A DNA stretch of 63,187 bases, filler included, from Lenisia limosa (lineage: Eukaryota; Protista; Breviatea): the NCBI GenBank assembly GCA_001655205.1. It is 21 parts of 21 records of this genome, joined end to end, with 100 filler letters (N's around TTAATTAATTAA, not from the genome) between each part and the next. Parts side by side here need not be neighbours in the genome. Positions count along the whole stretch, not along the records: positions 1 to 1,256 come from LPNZ01003784.1; positions 1,357 to 2,636 come from LPNZ01006398.1; positions 2,737 to 4,713 come from LPNZ01009069.1; positions 4,814 to 6,341 come from LPNZ01004274.1; positions 6,442 to 8,312 come from LPNZ01003084.1; positions 8,413 to 10,026 come from LPNZ01002934.1; positions 10,127 to 11,403 come from LPNZ01004834.1; positions 11,504 to 14,365 come from LPNZ01003749.1; 13 more parts are not named here. One strand, given 5' to 3'. The notes beneath the pieces are model-generated. The model was not told the DNA's origin, did not search any database, and was given only the letters and a program-made list of their open reading frames with translations. Positions 1 through 11,924 of the stretch are shown in pieces. The position numbers and the translations under genes are program-made. How positions within the stretch are numbered: position 1 is the stretch's first letter; each line of letters starts with the position of its first letter.

Positions 1-1256
1 CTAACGGGCACTGTGTAGATGTGCGTTTCGGTAATGCTAGAGTGGTACGCGGGGTGGTCATGGATTAATATTGTCGCAATTCACCTTCATAATGAATAGC
101 AAGTTTTATAACAGAGCTTGTGAGTCCTATTTTGACTCACTCCTTCAGAGCGTAGCGAGGGGCTAGTTTTGAGTGTTTTCTTTTATGGCAGTGATGATGG
201 TTTTCTTTGAGTAGGTATTGTGTGAATGAATGGTTATCCAGGAGAGTGGAGCAGTGTGCATAATAAATCAGAAATAAATCAGATTGAAACATCCCAATTC
301 CCAATGTCTGTCAAATGTTTGTATGTCTGTGCGCTGAAGTCTTGCTGTGAGATCGAAATGGAGATGAAGAAGTGAAACAAAAATAAAAACCGGGAATATA
401 GACTTGAGGCCAAATTAGATCAAAGATCAAAATAAATAACCTGTTGATTTTTTTTTTTTCAGCAATGCTTATGTGCCGAAAAAGGAATAATATATTGTAA
501 AATAGTAATACAATTAAAGAAGATTCAAGAAATAAGTCGTAGGATGAAAAGCAAGTAAAGATGACGAGGGCAGATCGTTTCTGTCCACTCTCAACTCCCT
601 CCTCGCTAGCCATCTCTGAGGTGATATTCGATGAGCCAGAACGTCCTCTTCGCCTTACCAGCGTTGATGGAACGCATCAGATGTCTGTTGGACTCTATCT
701 GTTATTTTCCATTTTCATCTTCTTTTGGAGTAACTTCTTCATCTCCGCAAGACTGGAATATGCTGAATGATTTGAACAAATTACCGAATTACCATTTTCT
801 TTCAGCGAAACATTGGGATTTTATAGAGTTTGAAACATTATGAAATTGATGATTATGATTGATTTTGAGTTTTGTCTTCTGCTTAATTGGCCGACCCCCC
901 GCCCCGCTTTGTGGAGTACTGCCATTCGTACAGACAATTCATGATAATTGAAATGCGTGAACCTTTAACATGTGCCTTTTTTTTTTACCTTTTTTAGATC
1001 AGTAAGGGCATATTTGGGCGTTAGAGTTATGTTTTGGTTGCTTTTTTTATATATATTATTATACATTTATGGCAGTGTTTGGTTTGGGTCGGTGTATTAT
1101 AAGGTAATCAGTAATCTCCCACACAAGAGTTGTAGGGACGGAAGGAGTATGATAATGCTCTCATTCAACGACTCCAATGACCCCATATAGAGTGGGCTTG
1201 GCCAACCCTGACCTGCCGCGGCCTATTGAGGGCGTCGCGTTTAAGGCAAATGCCCC

Positions 1257-1356
1257 NNNNNNNNNNNNNNNNNNNNNNNNNNNNNNNNNNNNNNNNNNNN
1301 TTAATTAATTAANNNNNNNNNNNNNNNNNNNNNNNNNNNNNNNNNNNNNNNNNNNN
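1257..1356. other. Artificial contig-joining linker (first of 20)
   Basis: N44-TTAATTAATTAA-N44 (stops in all six frames). Recurs at 2637, 4714, 6342, 8313, 10027, 11404, 14366, 16023, 17554, 18790, 21051, 23437, 25394, 28875, 31893, 40771, 42074, 59088 and 61302. Confidence 0.98.
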
Positions 1357-1527
1357 ATCCCTCTCCCAGTTATATTTCATATGCTACTATTATTTTCCCC
1401 CCATCCCACCCTCTCGGTTTTCCTCGACTTTAGTGATGGGAAACTGATGTCGGGCTATTCTGTGATGTTAGGGATATAAAGGATGTCGACTATTCTTTGA
1501 TGTTAGGGGCATCGCACGACATATTTA

Positions 1528-1613
1528 GGGCTTCACTTCGGTAAAAAGACCCAAATATCGATAGTTTTCGAGGATTTATCGAGAATTAGGTCTTTTTCGA
1601 ACCGAAGTGAAGC
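1528..1613. mobile_element. Family A palindromic MITE
   Basis: TA-GGGCTTCACTTCGG...core GAGGATTTATCGAGAA...CCGAAGTGAAGC-TA. Confidence 0.85.
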
Positions 1614-1644
1614 TATGGACATATTGTCCTTTCATTTAGAAAAT

Positions 1645-1805
1645 ACAAACAAGAACATCCAACAACAAGAACATCCAGCAACAAGAACATCCACAAGAAC
1701 ATCCAGCAACAAGAACATCCAGCAACAAGAACATCCAGCAACAAGAACATCCAGCAACAAGAACAAGCAACAAGAACAAGCAACAAGAAAAAGCAACAAG
1801 AACAA
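1645..1805. repeat. Minisatellite, 16-bp unit CAACAAGAACATCCAG
   Basis: About 8-10 degenerating units inside a minus-strand intron. Confidence 0.9.
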
Positions 1806-1836
1806 GATACTGAGACACTCTTTCATCCCAACATAC

Positions 1837-2429
1837 GACGACCTCCCGAGCGTGGTTATTTCGTGTCTTGGGGGCTCGTCTTCGTAGGGTATTTCAGGCA
1901 TCCAAGGTAGCCAAACTATGCCACGCTCCTGAATAAAAAATGAACAGTGAAGATCAAGGAAATACAGTAAATTAAACCTGGGGGAGCAAACAAATAGATA
2001 GGTATAAATATATGATCTATGAAACACCTTCAATATTCGCGAACAGACTTCCTGCTAATATCAAACATATTAAAACTCGCAAAAACAAAGGTCGATTTCA
2101 TAAACCCCTCCCATCCTCCCCGTATAGATAGAGATATTGATTAATTCACACAATCATTTGCCATAGCTCTGTGTGTATTTTCACAGCTCTCTGCGTGCAC
2201 CCCCCCCCCTCTCAAGTCCTCCTCATAGCCAGTATTACAGCTTCACTTTTGGTCTCAAAGGTCAGAAAAATATCGAGGATTTATCGAGGATTCAGTCTCT
2301 TTTGGAACCAAAAGTAAAGCTTAAACTGTCTGGTCCCTCTCACGTCCTCCCCATAGCCAGTATGGTCGCCATAAGTCTCCACTTCCAAAACCGTGCGATC
2401 ATCAGCAGGGTGTAACTTCGTGCTGTGAC
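1837..2429 (-). CDS. Two internal exons of an unidentified protein
   Basis: Exons 2429-2344 and 1928-1837 have AG/GT ends and join in phase: HSTKLHPADDRTVLEVETYGDHTGYGED-ERGIVWLPWMPEIPYEDEPPRHEITTLGRS. Confidence 0.55.
2239..2321. mobile_element. Family A MITE
   Basis: TIR remnants plus core. Confidence 0.75.
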
Positions 2430-2840
2430 CTGAGGGGGGAATAAAAAATGCGAAAATTTAACTACCAAAAAAAGCCAAAAATCAACTCTGTTAGCCAACA
2501 ACATACTAAAGCCATATAAGGAACCGACTTGCCAGAATGGAACCGACTTGCAATATAAGGAACCCACGTTTCATCATTGAAGGCGCCTCGTCAAAAAGAC
2601 TGAAAAGCGAGTCCCTATTCCCCAAATGGACCCTGCNNNNNNNNNNNNNNNNNNNNNNNNNNNNNNNNNNNNNNNNNNNNTTAATTAATTAANNNNNNNN
2701 NNNNNNNNNNNNNNNNNNNNNNNNNNNNNNNNNNNNTTATTAGAGATATTGGATTATAGTATAATATTAATTCACCCAATCATTTGCCTTACAACTGTGC
2801 ACACATAATAGTTATATATGACATGATATAATAATGACAC

Positions 2841-4705
2841 CCTGCAAACAGCTCGATAACCGCCAAGAAGCACGTGATAAAGTCTGGAATCGCCTTCAGA
2901 ATGGCCTTGGGCTGGATAGGGGGGGGGGGGTGAAATTGGAAAATTTATGAAGNNNNNNNNNNNNNNNNNNNNNNNNNNNNNNNNNNNNNNNNNNNNNNNN
3001 NNNNNNNNNNNNNNNNNNNNNNNNNNNNNNNNNNNNNNNNNNNNNNNNNNNNNNNNNNNNNNNNNNNNNNNNNNNNNNNNNNNNNNNNCGATATGTTTCA
3101 AGGAATTCAGTCTAATTTTATGACTAAAAGCCTACATTAGCGTTTCCGAGGTGGGAGGTTAGGACAGCCAGAGTTGCCACCAGGGTTGATAGAGAGTAGG
3201 AATGGCTGGCGATGGCAACGGTCTGAGGAGTAAAATTGGAAAATTTCTGAAACAAAAAAAAAGCCCAAATAAACTCTGTTGGCTGACAACACAAGAGGGT
3301 TGATAACAGAGTATAATTGGAAATTTATGATGGTGCTGATTGTAGTGATGATGGTGTTGATGTTAATAATGGTGATTGTTATGATGATGATGGAGATGAT
3401 GTTAGTAATTTTCAAGAACCCAATCAAAATCAGTACAAAAATATCCCGCTTACATGAGACGGCTTGATACTAAGGCAACAGACTCGGGAAATGCCGACAC
3501 AAACGCTCTGAAGTGCAAAAGGCAAGTCATCGACTGCGTTACCAAACTAGACGAGGACGGTGAAGGGAGTAAAATTGGAAAAGTATGAAACAGAAAAAGG
3601 CCAAAATCACCTCTGGCTAGTACAAAAATGACATACCACCCCCCACATGGGCTATAGGCCAGAGAATATCACCCAGGGCTGCAGCAACAGAAGGACCTAT
3701 GAAGTAAGTTTATTCAATGCCATAATAGACATAATTTTTCAAATAGTTTGTTGCACGATAGTTAAGAGAGTTTGTTGTGGTTTATATCATATGTAGTTAT
3801 CTCGGTTTTATTGAGTTATTATGATTCTGTTGAGTTATTGGGCGTTGACACTAGTTATAATAGGTTTTGTTCGATGCATTTCAATATGAGTAAAAGGGTA
3901 CCCTTTGCTAATATTCTGGTTTTTTTGGGTACTTCAGTCTTGGTGTTTTAGGGGGAATTTGGGACCCCCCCCCCTTTTTTTTTTTGGTTCTTAATGGAGA
4001 ACATGTTAGTACCTAAATGCTGGAAAGATATTCGAGTTATGATTCAATTAACAAAAACTACTAAATAGAAAGTTTATGTCCAGAACTTACCGGATAAGGA
4101 AAGTGGAATGGAAGCGGTGGCGGTGGAGACTGAGCGGATGATGTTATGTTGGGCGGGTTTGGGGAGGGTGTCTAAAATGTCAAATGTCTGTTAGCACAAA
4201 TGAGTCCTTATATCCATGCATACAAAGGGGGGTTGCGTTTCTTCGGACGGAAAGAACACGGAGAAACTTGCCAAAAGCGGTTAGCATATTGACTACAAAT
4301 GGTAAGTGCATTCCAGATAAGGCAAGTTAGTTTTCTTCATCAGATAAATTATCTAAATCCTCGACCCTCCCTTTCTTTCTCATTTGTTTTTACACGATAT
4401 TTTATCTTCGCTTCACCCCACTCTGTGAATCGGCAAGAGCGAAAGTCAGGTTCAGCTGCTGAGTATCAGCAACTAGCCGTCTGAGGGAGTAAAATTGGAA
4501 AATATATGAAACAAAAACAAACAATAAGAACCAAAATCAACTCTGTCCAGGGGAGGGAAGTGAATAACACGTTTAAAATATCACCCTTCCCCTCCAATAA
4601 TAGCATAATGTCAATATCATTTAATAATGTCAATAACCCCCCCACGATCGCGAAATAGTCTGGTCATGAGACAGTAGAGGGCCCTGGTAGAGAACTCCGA
4701 GAATC
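2841..4705 (-). CDS. Seven internal exons of an unidentified, probably alpha-helical protein
   Basis: Exons 4705-4646, 4480-4422, 4129-4091, 3696-3647, 3546-3454, 3222-3136 and 2911-2841 are all GT-AG and phase-compatible: ILGVLYQGPLL...RLVADTQQLNLTFAL...GPSVAAALGDILWPIAHFGNAVDDLPFAL...PKAILKAIPDFITCFLAVIELFA. Confidence 0.7.
3223..3310. repeat. Family B interspersed repeat abutting a minus-strand 3' splice site
   Basis: CTGAG-GAGTAAAATTGGAAAATTT...AAATAAACTCTGTTGGCTGACAACACAAGAGGGTTGATAAC. Confidence 0.85.
4481..4547. repeat. Family B repeat abutting a minus-strand 3' splice site
   Basis: CTGAGGGAGTAAAATTGGAAAATATATGAAAC...AAAATCAACTCTGT. Confidence 0.85.
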
Positions 4706-4919
4706 CTGGGGGGNNNNNNNNNNNNNNNNNNNNNNNNNNNNNNNNNNNNNNNNNNNNTTAATTAATTAANNNNNNNNNNNNNNNNNNNNNNNNNNNNNNN
4801 NNNNNNNNNNNNNTAAAACGAAGGAAATTTCGATGGCGTAAAGGAGCGATTTATGAATTCTTACACATCCTTCACACATTTCCAATCTAAGATCCTCTTT
4901 TCACCTCCGCTTCCCCCAG

Positions 4920-5052
4920 TATGCGTACAGCCGAGACCATCCCCATCGAAGTGTTCAAGGACTTTGCGCAATTGGGCCGCTTCATGCTTCGCGCAGACAC
5001 GCGCACTATTGGCGTGGGTGTTGTCATGAAGCTTCTTGACGAGGAAGACTAA
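4920..5052 (+). CDS. SUP35: Terminal exon of eukaryotic release factor 3 (eRF3/GSPT/Sup35)
   Basis: After a CCCCCAG acceptor: MRTAETIPIEVFKDFAQLGRFMLRADTRTIGVGVVMKLLDEED*. This matches the eRF3 C-terminus pattern RTAxTICLExFKDFPQMGRFTLRDEGKTIAIGKVLKL; HBS1 is less likely. Confidence 0.8.
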
Positions 5053-5690
5053 GTGTTTAGGTGCTAATTAATTCTAAATCTATTCGGAATGTGGGGTAGT
5101 GTGGAGCCTATATTGGTACTTCTGGGTGAAGAAGGGCTTTCTAAAGTCACTTGATATCATTTTGTTTTGGTTGATTTAACCAACTTGCGAGGGCTAGTCA
5201 TATTAGTGGGATCGATCCTTAACTAAAAAATGGATTGAAGTCAAAAAGAGGGAAAAGTTGTCCAAAGCACTTCTTCACTTGTTACAAATATAACTAAATT
5301 CTCCAACTTGTAGCCAGTTTATAGTCACCACAACCAAGTTTGGTCTCAGTTTCTAAATTTAGCCAAACCTTTCCCCATATTTATTTTCATATGTCCAGTT
5401 TATGCAGCAAAGAGATAAGTCAAAAAGAAGCAAAAGGACCACAATGGATTATAATCCTGATAAACCATGGTACTTTAACAAGTTGAAGCTGAATCAAAAC
5501 AGCAGAAAATTACTATACAATACCATTAGATCCTCAGAGGTCCGTGTAGAATTCGGGCTGGAGGGAGATATTAGATTGAAAATATGTGAAGGATGTGTAC
5601 TGTTTTATGAGGCGAAACAAAATAAAAGCCAAAACTCTGTGGCTCAATATTAGAGCCACAAGAGGAAGAAAAGAAGCACCTCGAATATTC

Positions 5691-5812
5691 CGTAAGGGGT
5701 GGGGGGGAGTAAAACTGGAAAATTTATGGAAGAAAAAAAACCCCAAATCAACTCATAATAGACTATGATGAAACAAAAAAGCCAGGAATCAACACTGCTA
5801 AACAATTGGGGA
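5691..5812. repeat. Family B repeat
   Basis: GGAGTAAAACTGGAAAATTTATG...AAATCAACTC, directly after a candidate plus-strand GTAAGG donor. Confidence 0.75.
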
Positions 5813-6678
5813 ACACACACGGGTTGAGGGAAATGAAGGGATAAATGAAGAATAGTGCCCCCTCCCCCACGCGCCGGTGTGAGGTACTTTGTTTTTTTTC
5901 TACCGATGTTCATTTGCTTCCCTAGATTTAATGCGTTTTATTCTGGCTCAAAAAACCCCACGCACCTCATTTTCAAGCAATTCAGCCGATTCATCCGTCG
6001 GCCTCTTCTGAACTGCCATATAGCCACCACCTGTTTTTGGTTATTATAATACATCAATATCCCCTCTGGAATTGCCATATAGGCACCGCCTGTCAGATGA
6101 TATGGAGAAATCACACATGTTTGGTTATGGATAAAAATACTCTATGGTTCTGGATATTCTAACTCAGTTATCATACCATACCACTGCATATGTCTTAGAT
6201 CATATAATAGTGTAAAAAAATTTCATCTGAAACAAATTAGAATGATCGGGCTCTTCGGTAGCATATGATATGGAGGAATGGGAAGTAAACAAAGTTGGTT
6301 ATGGACGAATAAAAATGAACAATTAGATTCCCCCCCCCCCCNNNNNNNNNNNNNNNNNNNNNNNNNNNNNNNNNNNNNNNNNNNNTTAATTAATTAANNN
6401 NNNNNNNNNNNNNNNNNNNNNNNNNNNNNNNNNNNNNNNNNTCAACTCTGTTGGCTTAGCACTAGGGAAACACAGTAAACAACAAAAACCCCAATCGCTT
6501 CTTCAGCACCACTCCAGCGTACGTAAAAAAAAAATAATTATCAAACAAACAAAAGTAAAACCAAACAAAACAAGGAGAAATGCCCCACTTGAGAAACAAG
6601 GAGAAATGCCCCACTTGAATCGGATGAAGCTCAGCCCATTGCTGAAAACCATATCAACCTCACTTTCTCCAACACCTA

Positions 6679-6772
6679 AGACTTCACTTCGGTTCGAAAA
6701 TACGGTAAAATATCGATAGTTTTCAAGAATTTATCGAGAAATTCAGCCTTTTTTTGAACCGAAGTGAGTCCC
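6679..6772. mobile_element. Family A MITE
   Basis: Both TIRs plus core. Confidence 0.85.
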
Positions 6773-6797
6773 TAAACATAGCCTGTTTAAATAAAAC

Positions 6798-7002
6798 CAT
6801 GTCCACCGCACTTCTCCAATACCCACTTGCTCTGATCATCAGGCCAGAGCTCGGAACACCCCACAGCGGCGGCAGGGGCAATGGCAATCGCCAAAATCCA
6901 GCCCAGGCCGAGAGGAGTGAATTTGACCGACAAGTAGGCAATAAGGAGGGCGGTGGGTGTGATGAGAATCTCGCATGGGGTGCGCATGTGGTTCATTACG
7001 AC
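6798..7002 (-). CDS. Exon of an unidentified membrane protein
   Basis: CAG...GT bounded exon VVMNHMRTPCEILITPTALLIAYLSVKFTPLGLGWILAIAIAPAAAVGCSELW with two hydrophobic stretches. Confidence 0.5.
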
Positions 7003-7341
7003 CTGGAGTGGTGAGCAGCGGGGGTGGGGGGGCAGATACACCGCACGCGATAAGCACTAACACGATTGACTGGAGATAAAGCTCAAGATCCATGTCAGGA
7101 CTTATCCCGGTCAGTGAAAACAGTATACACTCACCCCACGAACAATTACCTCCCCCCTCTTTTTACTCAATACCCCCTTACCCCCAGTATTCCAGGAGCT
7201 GCGTGTTTATCGACATAACTCTCGAGAAGGAACTAAAAGGATGAAATTGTCTTTTAAAAATAAAGGGGAAAAGAAGAAAAATGAAGAAGGAGAAGAAACT
7301 AAAAGGATGAAAAAAGAGAAGAGAAAAAACACGAAGTAATA

Positions 7342-7424
7342 GCGCTTCACTTCGGTTCGAAAAAAGACTGAATTAATCGATAAATCAAGAACTATCGATA
7401 TTTTCCCGAACCGAAGTGAAACCC
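7342..7424. mobile_element. Family A MITE
   Basis: Both TIRs, core in reverse orientation. Confidence 0.85.
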
Positions 7425-8175
7425 TAGTGTTAACAAACCTGAATGGACTCCATTTTGCGCTCAATTGCAATTGACAAAGGTGACTCATCTAAATCTCAGT
7501 CAGACAGGGAAACGAAAAAAAGCCTTCCACACGATCACGCTCAGAAGAGATATTGGATTATTATATCTGGTCGAAGCCGTCNNNNNNNNNNNNNNNNNNN
7601 NNNNNNNNNNNNNNNNNNNNNNNNNNNNNNNNNNNGCATCATGTTTATGAAGAGATAAGAAATAAAAATGGGTAGTGTCTGGCCGAAGCCGTCCACACTA
7701 AAACCCCATAGTAAAAAACAAAATGTCAACGGCATTCACTTTTCGAGTAAAAACCAATAGAATGTAACGTTCCCCACTTTTCGAGTTGAGAGCACAAGGA
7801 GCAAGCTCGTACTTTGTCATCACCACCACACACGAGTACTTTTGCTGAACCACGGCCCAGTGCTAAAGAGTAATTAATATCCCTTTGTGATAAGTGAAAT
7901 CTCCGAGAAACAGTGTTCGCAGAAGTGGTATATTTGCTTTATCATTCCTATGTATTTTTTTTTGTTTTTGTAATGAAAACTATTGGTCTTCAAAAAACCT
8001 ACCCCCACAAACCAGGGGGGAGTATCCCATTTGGTCCGGGGCAGTCGCACTCATACCAGCATTTAGACAGAACCTGGGTATTTGGTTTAGGGGGGAGTGA
8101 AGATTTATAACTAGGAAAGGGCTGAAAGAAAGGTAATTACGATGCAGTTTATGATATGAACACACCCTACCCTTG

Positions 8176-8312
8176 AAATGTAAATAATGTAGCTAATATG
8201 TAAATAATGTAGCTAATATGTAAATAATGTAGCTAATATGTAAATAATGTATCTAATATGTAAATAATGTAGCTAATATGTAAATAATGTAGCTAATATG
8301 TAAATAATGTGT
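8176..8312. repeat. Minisatellite, 20-bp unit TGTAAATAATGTAGCTAATA
   Basis: About 7 near-identical units running into the contig end. Confidence 0.95.
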
Positions 8313-8430
8313 NNNNNNNNNNNNNNNNNNNNNNNNNNNNNNNNNNNNNNNNNNNNTTAATTAATTAANNNNNNNNNNNNNNNNNNNNNNNNNNNNNNNN
8401 NNNNNNNNNNNNCTGGAAAGTTACAAGTTA

Positions 8431-8516
8431 GTCTTCAATTCGGTTCAGGAAAATATCGATAGTTTCCGAGGATTTATCAAGAAATTCAGTCTTTTTTTTG
8501 AACCGAAGTGAAGCCC
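8431..8516. mobile_element. Family A MITE
   Basis: TIRs plus core. Confidence 0.8.
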
Positions 8517-9289
8517 TAGCCCTAGTTAAAAGGGAGAGGAAATAAAAAAACGAGGTATCTGTGAGAAGCTGTCCACATCATCAAATTAATAAGAGATATT
8601 GAATACCCAATCATTTGCATTACAACTCTATGCACACAGCTTTCCGTACCTCCCCCGTATAGGGGGGAGAGGGGGGGGGGGAGGAGAAGCGAAGACAGAA
8701 AACAAACTGAGCCTACCCGTTTTTCCTAATACAGTCCTCATAGANNNNNNNNNNNNNNNNNNNNNNNNNNNNNNNNNNNNNNNNNNNNNNNNNNNNNNNN
8801 NNNNNNNNNNNNNNNNNNNNNNNNNNNNNNNNNNNNNNNTGATGACAACTCCACCCCTGTATTGTGAAGGAAAATAATAATAAAAAGGATGTAAAGAAGG
8901 AAAATGATGATAAAGAAAAAGCTAATCAAAATTGTATACAGAGATGAGAAATAAAAAAAAGGTTGTATATGGCCGAAACAAATCATCAAAATAATATGAC
9001 ATTTGAAGAAACTTGGGGGATTCTCAAAAATATATAAGGGAATCCCAAGTCGATGCGCCGTAGTATAGTTATGACGCTGAATTTCAGACGATTTATTTCA
9101 AAATAAATAAATCTCATCAAAAAACAAACAAAAGAAAAGCACGGAGTCGTCGGTTCTTGAAATTAATTGAAAAAATAATTGCAAAATTTGAAGTGGGACG
9201 TAGTGTAACCAAAACCCCTTTTCAGATACTTAAATTTCTATTTTTGTCAATAATTCCCACAAAAAATAAGTATCTAGGGGGCCGCCTAC

Positions 9290-9952
9290 CCAATTCAGGA
9301 GTTGACGCCCAAATAGCGTCATATTCCGGAACTGTCATGTAGAGGAATACGCCTTCCATGGCACCTGGGGGTGGGGGATATAATTAGAAAACTTATGAAA
9401 CAAAAAAGCCCAAAATCAACTCTGTTGGCTGACAACGCACGAGGGTTGAGAACAACAAAACAAACAAAGGTCGCTTCTGCAGCACCGTATCCTATCACTC
9501 CAGTGGGGTGGAGGTAAAATGGTGAAACAAATCACAAAATCAACTTGGATGGCTTAATTTGATGTGGTCATTCGGGGTGAAAGGAAACTTGGATGACTAT
9601 TGTGTAAAGACCAACTAATCTGAAACTCCAAACAAAAAACAAAAACAATAATATAACCAATAACAAACATTCATGAGCAACACACTTTAAAACTAAACCA
9701 AGATGACACACACACAGGTCAAATGTCGAGTAATTTACTGACACTCCAAACAGCCAATACAAACCATACCCCACCAGGACTCAAAATTGCATAAAAGACA
9801 ATCAAAACATCACAAAACAACTCAAAAACACCAACCAATACCCCCATACTCTGCAGTAACTGAGCCTCCAGCACCATATCTAGAATAGCTGCGTTCAATG
9901 CTCGGTTTGCCTTGACACCCCCCATTTTTAGACGGCCTAAACGTTCCGTGTC
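9290..9952 (-). CDS. Two internal exons of an unidentified protein
   Basis: 9952-9850 (DTERLGRLKMGGVKANRALNAAILDMVLEAQLLQ) and 9364-9290 (SAMEGVFLYMTVPEYDAIWASTPEL) splice in phase. Confidence 0.6.
9365..9520. repeat. Family B repeat, near full length, abutting a 3' splice site
   Basis: ...GAAACAAAAAAGCCCAAAATCAACTCTGTTGGCTGACAAC...CGCTTCTGCAGCACCG. Confidence 0.9.
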
Positions 9953-10271
9953 CTGGGGGGAGGGGGGATTGGAAATTTTTGAACCAAAAAAGCCCAAAAT
10001 TATCTCTGTTGTCTTAAAACCCATAANNNNNNNNNNNNNNNNNNNNNNNNNNNNNNNNNNNNNNNNNNNNTTAATTAATTAANNNNNNNNNNNNNNNNNN
10101 NNNNNNNNNNNNNNNNNNNNNNNNNNATTACGTTGATAGCAGGAAAATACACAATCTAAGGATACATGGTGAGGAATTATGACGCAATAAAGCACAAAAT
10201 CAACTGTACAAAAACAATGTCCATTATGTTAACAGTTTATGAGGGAAAGGTGCATTATTTTGACTGTTTAG

Positions 10272-11027
10272 AATGTAGTGAAGGTTATGACTGGTGACGT
10301 CTCCTTCAAGCTCCTTGCTTACAATGCTGATACCACTGTTGAGGTTGGTGGTGGTGGTGATGATGATGATGATGATGATGATAATGATGATGGTGGTGGT
10401 GATTGTGATATGACAGGTGATTTGTTGTCTTCACCCCCTCATCATTGTCATTTGTATTTCCTCTTTCACCGCATCCCACCCCTCCACTGGAGCGGTGGGA
10501 TGCGGTGCTGCAGAAGCGACNNNNNNNNNNNNNNNNNNNNNNNNNNNNNNNNNNNNNNNNNNNNNNNNNNNNNNNNNNNNNNNNNNNNNNGATTGTTTTT
10601 TTGTTTGTCCAATTTTACTCCCCCTAAACCCCTAACGTTCCGTGTTACTACCCCTCGATTTCCTTCGTTTTACCTTTAGGACATTTGCTGCTCCGTCGCC
10701 AGCAAGCTGAACCTGTCCGAGGATGAGCAGCCCTATCACATGCTCTTCGAGCCGGCCCCTTCCGATGGTGGGTGAAACATTAGAATATTCCGATTGTTTT
10801 GAGGGCATTATTCGCGTTTTCATTCTGCTCACTGTACAACTTCGTATTGCTCGAAAAAGACGAAATTCAGTCTTTTTTCGAACCAAAGTGAAGCCTTAAT
10901 TGCCAAAATTACGGTCACTCTTATTGCCCCAGGAGAGAGGTTCATGAAAGATGAGGAGAAGATCATCGACACTGTCGGCGGCGTATTTGGGGCCCAGCAT
11001 CTTCTCTATAAGAAGATCCAGTGTTAA
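10272..11027 (+). CDS. Last three exons of a protein ending in a ubiquitin-fold RA / FERM-F1 domain
   Basis: Exons 10272-10343, 10680-10767 and 10933-11027 in phase: NVVKVMTGDVSFKLLAYNADTTVEDICCSVASKLNLSEDEQPYHMLFEPAPSDGERFMKDEEKIIDTVGGVFGAQHLLYKKIQC*. The TTVEDIC..VA.KL.L...LFE...ER...E.I.D pattern is typical of RA/FERM_N. Confidence 0.7.
10465..10679. repeat. Family B/E repeat (reverse) ending at the plus-strand acceptor 10678-10679
   Basis: Hairpin ACCGCATCCCAC..GTGGGATGCGGT, then CCAATTTTACTCCC and ATTTCCTTCGTTTTACCTTTAG. Confidence 0.8.
10838..10896. mobile_element. Family A MITE, partial (intronic)
   Basis: Right TIR GTCTTTTTTCGAACCAAAGTGAAGCC. Confidence 0.65.
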
Positions 11028-11294
11028 CGCTGAGGGAGCTAGGGGTATGTATCTTGTATGTTCATGAGTTAGTGGTTAGTTGCTGTGTTCTGTATTATTT
11101 AATTGTGTGGAATGTATTTATTGATGCTCTAGTAAGGCAAATAATGGTGAATTAATATTATACTCTAATCCAATTTCTCTTATAACCGTGATAATGTGGG
11201 CGGCTTCGGTTAGATACAAGCTTATTATTTTCTCATATCTAATGCCATTGATGCTCTGGCGTTACGGTCTTTGTAAAACCAAAACCAACTCCGT

Positions 11295-11403
11295 GCGGGG
11301 GGGGGGGAGTAAAATTGGAATTTATGAAACAAAAAAAGGCCCAAAATCAACTCTGTTGGCTGACAACACACAAGGGTTGATAACAACAAAATAAACAAAG
11401 CCC
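11295..11403. repeat. Family B repeat
   Basis: G-run followed by the consensus B sequence. Confidence 0.85.
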
Positions 11404-11584
11404 NNNNNNNNNNNNNNNNNNNNNNNNNNNNNNNNNNNNNNNNNNNNTTAATTAATTAANNNNNNNNNNNNNNNNNNNNNNNNNNNNNNNNNNNNNNNNN
11501 NNNATATCTGATATAAACGTGATGGTATGGACGGCTTCGGCCAGATACAACCTTGTTATATTTCTCATCTCTTCATACTACTGA

Positions 11585-11680
11585 GAGCTTCACTTTTGGT
11601 TCTGAAACACCTGTAAAATAGCGATATTTGTCGAGGATTTATCGAGAATTCAGTCTTTTTTGGAACCGAAAGTGAAGCCC
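11585..11680. mobile_element. Family A MITE
   Basis: Both TIRs plus core. Confidence 0.85.
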
Positions 11681-11924
11681 TAAATTAAAAACCCCTCACG
11701 TTCTAACGGAGCATCACATTACCCCCCCCCCCCCNNNNNNNNNNNNNNNNNNNNNNNNNNNNNNNNNNNNNNNNNNNNNNNNNNNNNNNNNNNNNNNNNN
11801 NNNNNNNNNNNNNNNNNNNNNNNNNNNNNNNNNNNNNNNNNNNNNNNNNNATAACAGGGAGGGGTACCAGATACACAAGTAAAACGGAACGAATTCATGG
11901 CAAGAAAAGATCATAATCACATAC

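Noticed and set aside
1301-1312. Regularly recurring TTAATTAATTAA motif
   Set aside because: It is always centred in 100-nt N blocks, so it is an artificial linker. Gene order across linkers has no biological meaning.
3480-3705. Plus-strand exons (DSGNADTNALKCKRQVIDC, PENITQGCSNRRTYE)
   Set aside because: The minus-strand model links seven exons in phase with canonical sites, so the plus-strand reading is its shadow.
4920-5052. EF-1alpha C-terminus
   Set aside because: It has LGRFMLR rather than LGRFAVRD and lacks the basic EF1A tail. It fits eRF3.
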